From assembly GCA_963835065.1 (NCBI GenBank), contig CAWIEK010000068.1:1-64000 (forward strand): 64,000 nt of DNA. The letters are read 5' to 3'. The stretch's first letter is position 1. Every line of letters starts with the position of its first letter. Position numbers and translations under genes: made by a program. Origin of the DNA: an uncultured Chthonomonadaceae bacterium. Lineage in GTDB: Bacteria; Armatimonadota; Chthonomonadetes; Chthonomonadales; Chthonomonadaceae. Under the pieces are notes generated by a model. That model was not told where the DNA came from, ran no database searches, and saw only the letters and a program-made list of their open reading frames with translations. Positions 8,684 through 17,866 of this stretch are shown here, in pieces.

Positions 8684-10758
8684 CAGGGTAGTATCATCCT
8701 AAAGGGTGTATCTGCCAAGTACATTACAACAAAACCGTGCTTCCATTTCCACTCTCGATTGGCAGCGTTTTCGTCCACAATCGAAATAATTCCGCCTGAC
8801 GCCGCCTCTTCAAACAGCTCTTCTGCTTCGTGTTTGCGAACAATGCCTATCTCAACAGCGATACCGGACCATGTCGTTTCTGTCAAAGCGACTGAAACTT
8901 CAAATGTAGCCTTTGCAAGTTCACAAAGCAAGACTGCAAAATTGTTGGTGGATGGCAGATCGTTTCTCTCACGGCGATGTTCATACTTGCTAAGAAACTG
9001 TTTTACAAAAGCATTAGCTACTTTGTTTCTCGCAAGTACATCCCCGCGCAAGGCAGCTTCCGCAGTTCCTATTTCATGTTGCCCTACATCAATAAACGCT
9101 CCAAGCAAACGTGGATGTTTCAGACTCACTATAAAGCTATCCACTTCAGAAGGAACACGCAAATTACGCGCGTTGAAAGCGGCTTCTAACGACATTGGAA
9201 CATCATTTGTCCCGCCAGAACTGATCTGCTTCCACCCTGCATAGTTCCTGATATCTAAGTGTGTGCCCTTTTGCACAACCTCTTGCAAGTCGTTCGCTTG
9301 TAATTCGTTGACCGAAATTATGGCTATATCTTGTTCGGGAACAGTATACGAGGAGCGGCTCCACCTGTTGATATATCGGTGAACATCTTTATACTCTCTG
9401 CCCCGAGAAGTCATAATCAAACATACATCGTTGCGGCTTCGCACATCTTCTATGGTACGCTTTAATACGCTTTCATCTGGAAAATTCTCATCCAAGCCAT
9501 CAAAACCAACAAATAAAAGATGCTTTACGTCAGGGTTAGCAATCGTCAGATGGGTGTAAGGCTGGTCAAGGCTTTGTTCAGCACCAATGCCTCTATTAGC
9601 CCACCTACCAACTGCTTGGATAAACCAGTCGGATTGGAGATCAAAGCAACTTTCCAGCACGACAAAGCCATCAAAACTGTTGCTATTGCGCAGCATATCT
9701 ACTCTGGACTGTGTTAATTGTGTGAGCAATTCTGTTTTGCCACACCCTCCTTCTCCAATCAAAAAGATGAGTCGCTTGTTTTCCTGCAAAGCTTGTTCAA
9801 ACTCGCTTTGGATATCTGAGCGAAAGGCGATCCATTCTGGGCGAGCATTACGAGCTTTGCACCAATTATCCCATTCCGCAACACAATACTGCCCAATACC
9901 TTTTGGCGTAAGTTCGAGAGCATCCTTGTAATCGGTAATCGCTTTGATGAAATCCTTTTTCGTTAGAAGATGCTTGATTTTGATCCCACCCATCAGTTCA
10001 CCGACCAACTGATTTTTAGCATCTTCAATTTTATCGTCTAGCGCTCCGTACCGCTTCGCAAAGCTGATGAATGTTCGTTCAAAATCATGTTGATGTGCCT
10101 CTGTAACAAAATACAGTCCCGGTAAAACCCGTAGAGCCTGCTCAACCAATACCTCATCATGAGCTTTTTTCACCTTTCCATTCCGATGATAATCCGTTAG
10201 CCAGTGTTCCACTAAACTTTTCAGAGGTTGGTTATAAAGCTTTCTTCCCTTTTTGAAAGTTACTGTTAAATTGGCGTATGCTGACGATTTTACTGGAAGT
10301 TGATTGACTTGATTTGCTTTCCATCCAAGAGCATCTCGACACTGTTGAACGATGATTTTGATTAACGCGACAACTGCATGTGGAATACGGTTAGTCAGAA
10401 GGATACAACCACATACAGCAGGACCACCCTGCTTATCAATGTACTCAAGGCTGGAGGCAAAACTTGCCAGTATCTCACGGAAGCTACTTGGATCGAAAGT
10501 AGTTTTAGGATTGCTGGAGTGTTTCGCCTGACACAACAGACGCTTTCCTCCAGCTATAATTGATATATCCTGTCCAGCATCTTCAAAACGTAGCGTATGT
10601 TCTTCATTCGCCGTAAATGTCTTCACAAGCAGGCGCGTGTCGCCATCGGCAGCTTGCAGCGGTTCGTTGTTCAGCGTACCAAGCCCCAACAACATTATCA
10701 TTTGATAATAAAAGCCGAGAAGCGCCCAATCGCCGCCCTGTAATCTTGCGTCTGCCAT
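8683..10758 (-). CDS. PD-(D/E)xK nuclease fused to STAND/NACHT-like ATPase (defence candidate)
   Basis: N-terminal GGDWALLGFYYQ and ED..QD..QAKH; Walker A GEGGCGKT; Walker B LLFVGFDGLDE; C-terminal WKWKH winged-helix-like motif; visibly AT-richer than flanks; ATG at 10758 with RBS. Confidence 0.75.
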   Translation of the reverse strand: MADARLQGGDWALLGFYYQMIMLLGLGTLNNEPLQAADGDTRLLVKTFTANEEHTLRFEDAGQDISIIAGGKRLLCQAKHSSNPKTTFDPSSFREILASFASSLEYIDKQGGPAVCGCILLTNRIPHAVVALIKIIVQQCRDALGWKANQVNQLPVKSSAYANLTVTFKKGRKLYNQPLKSLVEHWLTDYHRNGKVKKAHDEVLVEQALRVLPGLYFVTEAHQHDFERTFISFAKRYGALDDKIEDAKNQLVGELMGGIKIKHLLTKKDFIKAITDYKDALELTPKGIGQYCVAEWDNWCKARNARPEWIAFRSDIQSEFEQALQENKRLIFLIGEGGCGKTELLTQLTQSRVDMLRNSNSFDGFVVLESCFDLQSDWFIQAVGRWANRGIGAEQSLDQPYTHLTIANPDVKHLLFVGFDGLDENFPDESVLKRTIEDVRSRNDVCLIMTSRGREYKDVHRYINRWSRSSYTVPEQDIAIISVNELQANDLQEVVQKGTHLDIRNYAGWKQISSGGTNDVPMSLEAAFNARNLRVPSEVDSFIVSLKHPRLLGAFIDVGQHEIGTAEAALRGDVLARNKVANAFVKQFLSKYEHRRERNDLPSTNNFAVLLCELAKATFEVSVALTETTWSGIAVEIGIVRKHEAEELFEEAASGGIISIVDENAANREWKWKHGFVVMYLADTPFRMILP

Positions 10759-10845
10759 CCTGCTCTCCCCATTGTATACGACATAAATTCTACGTCTGAA
10801 TGGTAAATCCTGCAAACAGAGAAAGGCATTGGCAAGAAAAACAGA

Positions 10846-10881
10846 GAACGGCTTGAACGAGTGTTCCCGTTCAAGCCGTTC
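10846..10881. repeat. Perfect 14-bp inverted repeat with 8-nt loop
   Basis: GAACGGCTTGAACG-AGTGTTCC-CGTTCAAGCCGTTC. Confidence 0.85.
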
Positions 10882-10929
10882 CTCTCAACCCTCAACTTCC
10901 ACCCCTTAACTTCGTAAAGTCTATATCCG

Positions 10930-11270
10930 ACAAAAAACCCAGCAAAAAAGATAAAAAAAGAGCAAAAAACGCGAACCCTTTGCCCAATACAGCCGTCTAA
11001 ACAGTAGATCAACGTCTACTATTCAAATGTTAGACACCGGAAGGGAGGTGCCAGTCCTATGTACCCACACCCCCGTTCGCCCTGACGCTGCTGAGGCCAT
11101 GACGCCTCTCTTCTACAACTTGACACAACGAGACATCGGGCTGGAAGCGCTGTATTGCCAAGATTTCGACGATGACTCTACATATCCTTTTTCTGCCTAC
11201 CCGTTTCCCAACGCTACCAGAACTTCCGCTTGGCAAAAGTCGAGCTTCCCGCCGGTTCGGGAAGTTAAAG
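10930..11270 (+). ncRNA. Dispersed structured RNA/micro-ORF element, copy 2
   Basis: GAACCC 10973-10978, N16, GTCTAA 10995-11000; micro-ORF 11059-11085 MYPHPRSP*; core 11122-11174; 3' hairpin CTTCCCG-CCGGTT-CGGGAAG. Confidence 0.65.
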
Positions 11271-11333
11271 GTTCACAAACGATTAGTCAAAGCGCTAATC
11301 CACTCTCACTCTCCACTCTTCACTCTCACTTGA

Positions 11334-12296
11334 TTAATGATCCGCATAATGCTGGAAGAGTTCGCTGACGGAATTGTCTTCGTGGATGCGGAGAATGGCC
11401 TGCGCCAAAAGGGGCGCAACGGACAGCACCTTGATTTTGGGACTGCGCTTGTGGTCGGGCAGGGGGATGGTATCCGTAACGACAAGAGAACGGAGGGGGG
11501 AACAGTTGACGCGCTCCACTGCCTTGCCCGACAAAATGCCGTGCGTACAGCAGGCGTGGACTTCCGCCGCGCCACGCTCGATCAGGGCTTCCGCGCCCTG
11601 CACGATGCTGCCGCCCGTGTCTATCATGTCGTCAATCATCACGCACCGCTTGCCCGCTACGTCGCCGATAATTTCCATGATTTCCACTTTGTTGGGTTCG
11701 GGGCGGCGCTTGGCGATGATGGCAATCGGGGATTTTAGGTTTTCGGCCAGGGCGCGGGCGCGAGCCACGCCACCCACGTCCGGCGAAACCACGCACGTGC
11801 TGCCATCATACAGCCCTTCGGAAAGCAGATGCTCGGCAATCAGCGGCCCGGCGTACAAATGGTCAACCGGCAGATCGAAGAACCCCTGTATCTGCCCCGC
11901 GTGAAGGTCTATGGCAAGGACGCGGCTGGCTCCCGCCTGCGTAATCAGGTTGGCAACCAAACGGGCGGTCACGGGTTCGCGCGGCTTCACCTTTTTGTCC
12001 TGCCGGGCGTAGCCGTAATACGGCAAAACAACCGTGATACGCGACGCGGACGCCCGCCGGAAGGCGTCAATCATAATCAGCACTTCCATCAGGTTGTCGT
12101 TGACGGGATCACACGTCGGCTGCACGATAAAAATATCCTGCCCGCGCGCCAACTCCTCAATCTTAACGCTGATTTCCCCATCGGAGAAATGGCTGACGTG
12201 GATTTCGCCAAGCGGAACCTGAAGTTCTTCGGCAATGCTGCCGGCAAGCATCGGGTTGGCGTTTCCCGTAAAGATACGCAGGTTGGAACCACACAT
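11334..12296 (-). CDS. prs: Ribose-phosphate pyrophosphokinase
   Basis: [45 protein letters not shown]. Confidence 0.98.
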   Translation of the reverse strand: MCGSNLRIFTGNANPMLAGSIAEELQVPLGEIHVSHFSDGEISVKIEELARGQDIFIVQPTCDPVNDNLMEVLIMIDAFRRASASRITVVLPYYGYARQDKKVKPREPVTARLVANLITQAGASRVLAIDLHAGQIQGFFDLPVDHLYAGPLIAEHLLSEGLYDGSTCVVSPDVGGVARARALAENLKSPIAIIAKRRPEPNKVEIMEIIGDVAGKRCVMIDDMIDTGGSIVQGAEALIERGAAEVHACCTHGILSGKAVERVNCSPLRSLVVTDTIPLPDHKRSPKIKVLSVAPLLAQAILRIHEDNSVSELFQHYADH

Positions 12297-12334
12297 ATCC
12301 GTTCTCCTCTGGCAATGTGAATACGACGCTGAAA

Positions 12335-13852
12335 CTATTCCGGTGACGGCACTACTTCGGTAAGCGTGGAGGCGTCCGCTCTTGCCGCTTCTGCTTTCGC
12401 TTTGGCCTGACGCGCATGGTAGGCGGCGGCCCATCCGTTTTTGAGGGTAAGACGTTCGCGGGCAACGGCAAGCGCGTCGGGCGGTACATCTTCGGTAATT
12501 GCGGACGCGGCGGCCACAAACGCGCCCTCCCCTATTGTCACAGGCGCGACTAAGGTAGAATTGGAGCCAATAAACGCCCTTGCGCCAATGATCGTGCGGT
12601 GCTTGCGATAGCCGTCGTAGTTGCAGGTAATCGCGCCCGCGCCGATGTTGGTTCCCGCGCCCACTTCCGCGTCGCCGATGTACGCAAGGTGCGACGCCTG
12701 CGCCCCCTCGTGGAACGTAGAATTTTTCACTTCCACGAAATCCCCGATTTTCACTTTTTTGCCTAACCGCGTTCCCGGACGCAGGTTGGCAAACGGGCCG
12801 ACTTTCACGCCATCCGCCAGCTCGCTGTCCACAACTTGTGAGGCCAGAACGCGAACGCCATTGCCCAACCGACTGTTTTCAATGCGCGTCATCGGCCCGA
12901 TAACGCAGTCCTCGCCAATCGTCGTGCCGCGCAATAGGTAAGAATTGGGTTCCACAACCGTATCCTGCCCGATGGTAACGCCCACGTCTATATACGCGCT
13001 TGCCGGGTCGGTAATGGTCACGCCCGACAGCATCAAATCGCGCAGCAGGCGTTCGCGCAGTATCGTGGCACAGCCTGCCAGTTCCGCCCGGTTGTTGACG
13101 CCCAAAACGTCGAGGGCATCGGCAACCGGCAGGGCTTCCAGCCGCGCATTGCGCTGCGCAAGCAGGCCGATGGTATCCGTCAAATAAAACTCGCCCTGTG
13201 CGTTAGCAGGCTGAATGTCGGCAAGGGACACCCAGAGGGCCGCGCTGCTAAAAGCGTACAGCGAGGGGTTCCACTCCGTAATGGCGCGTTCGGTTTCGCT
13301 GGCGTCTTTATGCTCTACGATTCGCGCTACCCGTTGTTCCCCATCGCGCACCACGCGCCCATAGCCGGTGGGATCGTCCAAAAACGCGGTCAGCAGGGTC
13401 GCCGCCGCCCCGGTTTGCGCATGGTGCTGCAGGAGATTTGCCAGTGTCGCGCCAGACAAAAGCGGTACATCCCCCGCTAAGACCAGTATCGCGCCGGGCC
13501 AGTCGCCGAGCAGGGGTTGTGCCGCCCGTACCGCATCGCCCGTGCCCCGCTGCTGCGCCTGCAAAACGTATTCGACATCGCTGCCCAACCCGGCCTTGAC
13601 CGCTTCGGCTTCATGCCCGACAACGACGACGATACGCGCCACGCCCGCCTGCCGACACGCGCGAATCACATGCGCCGTCATAGGCAGGCCGCAAATGGGA
13701 TGCAGCATTTTGGGCAGTTTGGAGCGCATGCGCGTGGACTTGCCCGCCGCCAAAATAATAGCCGCGCTTGGCAATGCGCTTGCCTGCGCGTCCAGCGCTT
13801 CCTGTGCGGCGTCCTGCGTCAAGGGCAGGGCCGCTCCTAATGTTTCCAGCAT
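12335..13852 (-). CDS. glmU: Bifunctional UDP-GlcNAc pyrophosphorylase/glucosamine-1-P acetyltransferase
   Basis: [23 protein letters not shown], hexapeptide repeats, [13 protein letters not shown]. Confidence 0.97.
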   Translation of the reverse strand: MLETLGAALPLTQDAAQEALDAQASALPSAAIILAAGKSTRMRSKLPKMLHPICGLPMTAHVIRACRQAGVARIVVVVGHEAEAVKAGLGSDVEYVLQAQQRGTGDAVRAAQPLLGDWPGAILVLAGDVPLLSGATLANLLQHHAQTGAAATLLTAFLDDPTGYGRVVRDGEQRVARIVEHKDASETERAITEWNPSLYAFSSAALWVSLADIQPANAQGEFYLTDTIGLLAQRNARLEALPVADALDVLGVNNRAELAGCATILRERLLRDLMLSGVTITDPASAYIDVGVTIGQDTVVEPNSYLLRGTTIGEDCVIGPMTRIENSRLGNGVRVLASQVVDSELADGVKVGPFANLRPGTRLGKKVKIGDFVEVKNSTFHEGAQASHLAYIGDAEVGAGTNIGAGAITCNYDGYRKHRTIIGARAFIGSNSTLVAPVTIGEGAFVAAASAITEDVPPDALAVARERLTLKNGWAAAYHARQAKAKAEAARADASTLTEVVPSPE

Positions 13853-14036
13853 AACATACTCCGTCAGCCGCCGATTTTGCCGCCCGCGCGGACAGGTACA
13901 TTATGAAAGGATTCAGGAACCGGAGTCAAGCGAATCAAGTCCTAATTTGATTATTTCGGCGACGAATTTTTTATAATTTGCTTTCTATTTGCAAGAAGTA
14001 ACAACCATTATGCTATGGTACGCCGAATTGCACAGA

Positions 14037-14145
14037 AAAGACAGAGGCATTGACCAGGCACAGATTTACAGGCGTCCGCCGATGGTCAAAACTCAAACCA
14101 CCAACGTCCTGCTTTCAATCCTGCGCCTGCCAAACCTCTGTCTTT
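14037..14145. other. ~110-nt rod-like imperfect hairpin (possible sRNA or terminator)
   Basis: AAAGACAGAGG/CCTCTGTCTTT outer stem with nested CAGGC/GCCTG, CAGG/CCTG and TGGT/ACCA pairs. Confidence 0.45.
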
Positions 14146-14184
14146 GTACTTCAATCAAAATTAAAAACCAGAATTTTTGTCGTA

Positions 14185-14727
14185 TCAGCGTTCTTGCGGC
14201 TGTTCCAGCGTTTCCCGGTAAGCGTCGAGCGCGCTCCGCGTCAGCATGACATTTTCAATCGCGCTCATGTCGTTGATCACGTCTTCCAGATTGCGGGGCA
14301 CGAACAGACACTCGAACGGATCGAATTGGTCGTCGGGCGTTTCCAGAAAACTGCGCAGGCGTGGGCGCATCAGCCCGTAGTGAGCCTGCATCCACACGCG
14401 CATTTCGCTGTACTTGCGCGACTGCTCGACGTTCGCGCCTTCTTTGGCCGCCCAGCACAACAGGTCTACCATGTCCTCGTAGTGGACGCTGAAATCAGCT
14501 AACTGCGTCAATTGGCGGGCGCGCTGCCGCTGAAGAGCGCGTTCGCGCAGGCTCAACCGCGGCAATTTGGCAAGGACGACGCGCTGCCACCAGGCGCGGG
14601 CTTCGCCGCGCCAGGTCAGCGCCTGATCGTTCCAAATACGGGACTGCCGCAGAAATTGGCTGCGCGTGGCGTGCCACTGGAGGCGTAACCGGGCCAAGCC
14701 GGGCGGGGGACCCAGACGTATCGCCAT
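14185..14727 (-). CDS. Hypothetical protein
   Basis: 180-aa ORF with GGAG RBS. Confidence 0.65.
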   Translation of the reverse strand: MAIRLGPPPGLARLRLQWHATRSQFLRQSRIWNDQALTWRGEARAWWQRVVLAKLPRLSLRERALQRQRARQLTQLADFSVHYEDMVDLLCWAAKEGANVEQSRKYSEMRVWMQAHYGLMRPRLRSFLETPDDQFDPFECLFVPRNLEDVINDMSAIENVMLTRSALDAYRETLEQPQER

Positions 14728-14850
14728 TTTTCTCTCCTTGTTTGCTCCGGTTCACCCGAAAGGGGCTACAGAACCGTAACAGCCGGCTTCCGCGCTGTCG
14801 CCGTTCGCAGGGAACGTATTGCGCAGGCGGATCGCCGCCGCTTTATTAGT

Positions 14851-14971
14851 AGGTGTCAGGTTTCAGGTATCAGGTGTCAGGAAAAGCCATTCTGCTCACA
14901 TGGCAATTAATGTCAGAAGCGAGTAGGAATAGATGTTTTCCCTGACCCCTGATCCCTGAAACCTGACCCCT
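14851..14971. repeat. Inverted heptamer-repeat hairpin element (TCAGGTN arms)
   Basis: AGGTGTC-type tandem arm with complementary CCTGA arm around a ~58-nt spacer. Confidence 0.8.
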
Positions 14972-14975
14972 TTCT

Positions 14976-15572
14976 CTACTTTTCCTGCATTTTCGCCAGG
15001 TAATTGACGCGCAGATCGTTCAGTCGGCGCTGCATTTCGCGGCGCTCTTCCGCGCTCAATTCCGTCTCCAGTTTGCCGAACAGGAACTGTACGCAGTCAA
15101 TGGCAATTCGCGCTTCCGGCAGATCCTTTTCCGTTTGCCCGGTCACAGGGTTTGCCACCAATCCCATCGCGCGCCAGGCATGGCCGGAGAAGATTCCGAG
15201 CAGTGCGGCGGACAGCGATTTTACGTCCATCTGCATGGCGACATACGCCAGCAATGCGCCGGGATCGGGCGCGGGCATGTCGTTATCGGCTTCGCTATCA
15301 GCCTGCGTTTCGGATGACGCCGACGCCCCCCTGGATGTGGAGGCCGTGTCCAAAGACGTGTCGGCAAACGAGTCTTGATTATGAATTGTGTTCTGCTCCG
15401 AGGCAGGATTTGCGTCCGGGTTTGTGGAAGTGGTGTCGGCGGGAACATTGGATTTGGAACCATGGGTTGAGTCCGGTTCCGAAGGCGTTTCATCAGTAAG
15501 CGTTGGTTCCGTCGGCTGCGCGGATCGGCGGCGATCCACGACGGGAAAGGCCGGGCTGTCGGGGTCGGTCAT
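14976..15572 (-). CDS. DUF1844-type protein
   Basis: C-terminal AMGLVANPVTGQTEKDLPEARIAID..L..EE..L..LR.NY pattern; disordered N-terminus. Confidence 0.8.
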   Translation of the reverse strand: MTDPDSPAFPVVDRRRSAQPTEPTLTDETPSEPDSTHGSKSNVPADTTSTNPDANPASEQNTIHNQDSFADTSLDTASTSRGASASSETQADSEADNDMPAPDPGALLAYVAMQMDVKSLSAALLGIFSGHAWRAMGLVANPVTGQTEKDLPEARIAIDCVQFLFGKLETELSAEERREMQRRLNDLRVNYLAKMQEK

Positions 15573-15807
15573 CGTGGGATTAACTCCTCGCGCCAAAATG
15601 TGTTGTGTTCGCAACGTGTGTCAGTATAACACAAGTCGCCGGGGATTGCAATGCCAAGTTGCCACTTGCGCGACTCTTTTTCGACTCTATTTTCGTTCCG
15701 GCGGCAGGTGTTTCCCTGCGCCTGTTCCCTGACTGGTGACGTATCACTTATCACTTTCTCTTATCTCTTTTGACATACTCCTTATCCCCTATATGGAGGT
15801 TTGGGCC

Positions 15808-16563
15808 ATGACGCAGTTGACTTCTCTGGTTGCTTATTTGAACGATTATCTGGCGATACGAGACGTGCCGGATTATAAGGAAGCGTACAACGGCTTACAG
15901 GTGGAAGGCAAAGCGGAAGTACGTCGCGTGGCTGTTGCGGTAGACGCCTGCCAGGCAACCATGCGGCAGGCCATCGCCCAAAACGCGGATTTGCTGATTG
16001 TGCATCACGGCCTGTTTTGGGGCGCGAAAGCGCCGATAACAGGCATGTATTACGAGCGTCTCAAACTGCTCCTCAACAACGATCTGGCCCTGTACTCGTG
16101 TCACGTGCCCCTCGACGCGCACCCGGAAGTAGGCAATAACCACGCGCTTGCGCGTCTGCTTGGGCTGGAAGTGTCGGGCTTGTGGGGCGAAATGGAAGGC
16201 GTCCCGATGGGCGTTTATGCCGACGTTGATATGGCGCGGGAAGAATTAACCGAACGTATCCGCAAGACGCTGCAAATCGAGCCGCGCGTCATTGCCACCG
16301 GGCCGGCGCAAATCAAGCGCGTGGGCATTGTCACGGGGGCGGCGGGCACGTGGGTGGAACGGGCGCAGGCGCGGGGCATAGACACACTTCTCACCGGCGA
16401 AGGCCCGCACCACACGTACTTCGACGCCGAAGAGCGCCGCGTCAATCTCATCTTTGCGGGCCACTACGCAACGGAAACCGTCGGCGTCAAAGCGCTGGCC
16501 CAACATCTAACGGAGCGTTTCGGCTTGGAAACGTTCTTTATTGACCATCCCACGGGGTTGTAG
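15808..16563 (+). CDS. Nif3-like dinuclear metal-centre protein
   Basis: NGLQVEG, LIVHHGLFW, HVPLDAHPEVGNN, GHYATET. Confidence 0.95.
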   Translation: MTQLTSLVAYLNDYLAIRDVPDYKEAYNGLQVEGKAEVRRVAVAVDACQATMRQAIAQNADLLIVHHGLFWGAKAPITGMYYERLKLLLNNDLALYSCHVPLDAHPEVGNNHALARLLGLEVSGLWGEMEGVPMGVYADVDMAREELTERIRKTLQIEPRVIATGPAQIKRVGIVTGAAGTWVERAQARGIDTLLTGEGPHHTYFDAEERRVNLIFAGHYATETVGVKALAQHLTERFGLETFFIDHPTGL

Positions 16564-16668
16564 AGTCTAGGGTTCTAGGGTTCTAGGGTTTTAGGGGGTT
16601 ATGGTTTTTGGGTTGTTGGGGCTGTACTGTTCAAACAACGGCGCATCATGATAAGGAGCGGACAATTA

Positions 16669-17649
16669 ATGATTGATCTGGAGTTTTTGAAGGCGCTGAC
16701 GGAAGTTCCTTCGGTGGGAACCGCTTGTGGGCCGTGCGTCAGCCTGCTGGCGGAGCGGTTCGGAACGGGCTATGCGCAAACGCTTGTGCCGGACGGGTTT
16801 TGCCTGTTTCAAAAGACGGGCGCGAGCGTGTCGGATTTACAGGTTGTCTTTGTCGCGCACATGGACGAGGTTGGCGGCTGCATTTACGGCATTCGGGCGG
16901 AAGCGCATGGGGGCGGCTACAACGCGCGATTTTGGGGCAACCGCCCCCAAATTTTTGCCGACGCCAAACTGCAAGCCTTCGATTACCTTGCCGAAACTAC
17001 TGATACATTTCCCATAGACGGCGAGATTGTGACCGAGGGGGAAGAGGAGCGCTTGGTGATGCGCGGCGATGGCATCCGCGCCTATCGCACCGTATGGACA
17101 TTTCAGGAGGAAACCACGTTTGACGGCGACGTGATTGAAGGCAAAGCGCTCGATCCCCGCGTCACGCTGTATTCCGTCGTGGAAGCCGTTCGCGCGCTGG
17201 ACAGCCCGCATGTCGGCGCGATGCTGGTCATGGCCGAAGAGTGCGCGATGGATGTAGCGCGTAAGGGCGTGGCGTTTCTGCAAAAACACGCGCCCGACCT
17301 GAAGCTGATCGCCAACGCCGATGTGCCGTGGATACACAACATCGGCGACGGACAACTTGACATGCCGGCCATCCGCATTTTTGAAGGCCGCAACTTCATT
17401 GACCCCTCTTTCGGTATCCGCGTCACCGACATTTTGCAGGCGCAGGGCGTGGAACTGCACCTGTCCGCCGCCCGCAGCGGCAGCCAAACCCTGCTCTTCA
17501 CGCCTCTCGCCCCCACCCTCTCGATTGCCCTGCCCAGCGACGGTGTTCACCTGCCCCGCGTCAAAATGAGCCTGCGGGGAACCGAGCGCTGCACCGCCCT
17601 CCTGACCGCCATCGGCGCAAACGCCCTGTCCGGCAGCCTGCCGATTTGA
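16669..17649 (+). CDS. M42/M20-like metallopeptidase-fold protein
   Basis: VAHMDEVG, GKALDPR, EE and late His motifs. Confidence 0.7.
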   Translation: MIDLEFLKALTEVPSVGTACGPCVSLLAERFGTGYAQTLVPDGFCLFQKTGASVSDLQVVFVAHMDEVGGCIYGIRAEAHGGGYNARFWGNRPQIFADAKLQAFDYLAETTDTFPIDGEIVTEGEEERLVMRGDGIRAYRTVWTFQEETTFDGDVIEGKALDPRVTLYSVVEAVRALDSPHVGAMLVMAEECAMDVARKGVAFLQKHAPDLKLIANADVPWIHNIGDGQLDMPAIRIFEGRNFIDPSFGIRVTDILQAQGVELHLSAARSGSQTLLFTPLAPTLSIALPSDGVHLPRVKMSLRGTERCTALLTAIGANALSGSLPI

Positions 17650-17866
17650 GAACTAACCACCCGCTTCGCTAGAGACACAGAGACACAGAGGAAAAACCAA
17701 TACGAGAACGACAAAAGAGAACAAGGAAAGGAAAAGGAACCGCAAAGAGGCAAAGGAAGCAAAGAGGTTTATTCTCTTCTTTTCTCCTCTTCTTCTTTTC
17801 TTCTTTTCTTCTCTGTGTTCCCTCTCTGTGTCTCTGTGTCTCTAGCGCAGCGGGTGGTTAGTTCTC
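17648..17866. repeat. Long inverted repeat between convergent genes (GACACAGA tandem arms)
   Basis: GAGAACTAACCACCCGCT..AGAGACACAGAGACACAGAG with reverse complement at about 17824-17866. Confidence 0.85.

Noticed and set aside
11027..11368. 113-aa ORF containing QRDIGLEALYCQDFDDDSTY as a conserved protein of the repeat element
   Set aside because: Only copy 2 has a start in this frame; copy 1 has an upstream in-frame stop, stops differ among copies, and the few core changes are non-synonymous, so conservation is at nucleotide level.
14730..14845. GC-rich structured leader upstream of the 14185-14727 gene as a riboswitch
   Set aside because: Hairpins are possible, but I could not match the conserved core of any riboswitch class.
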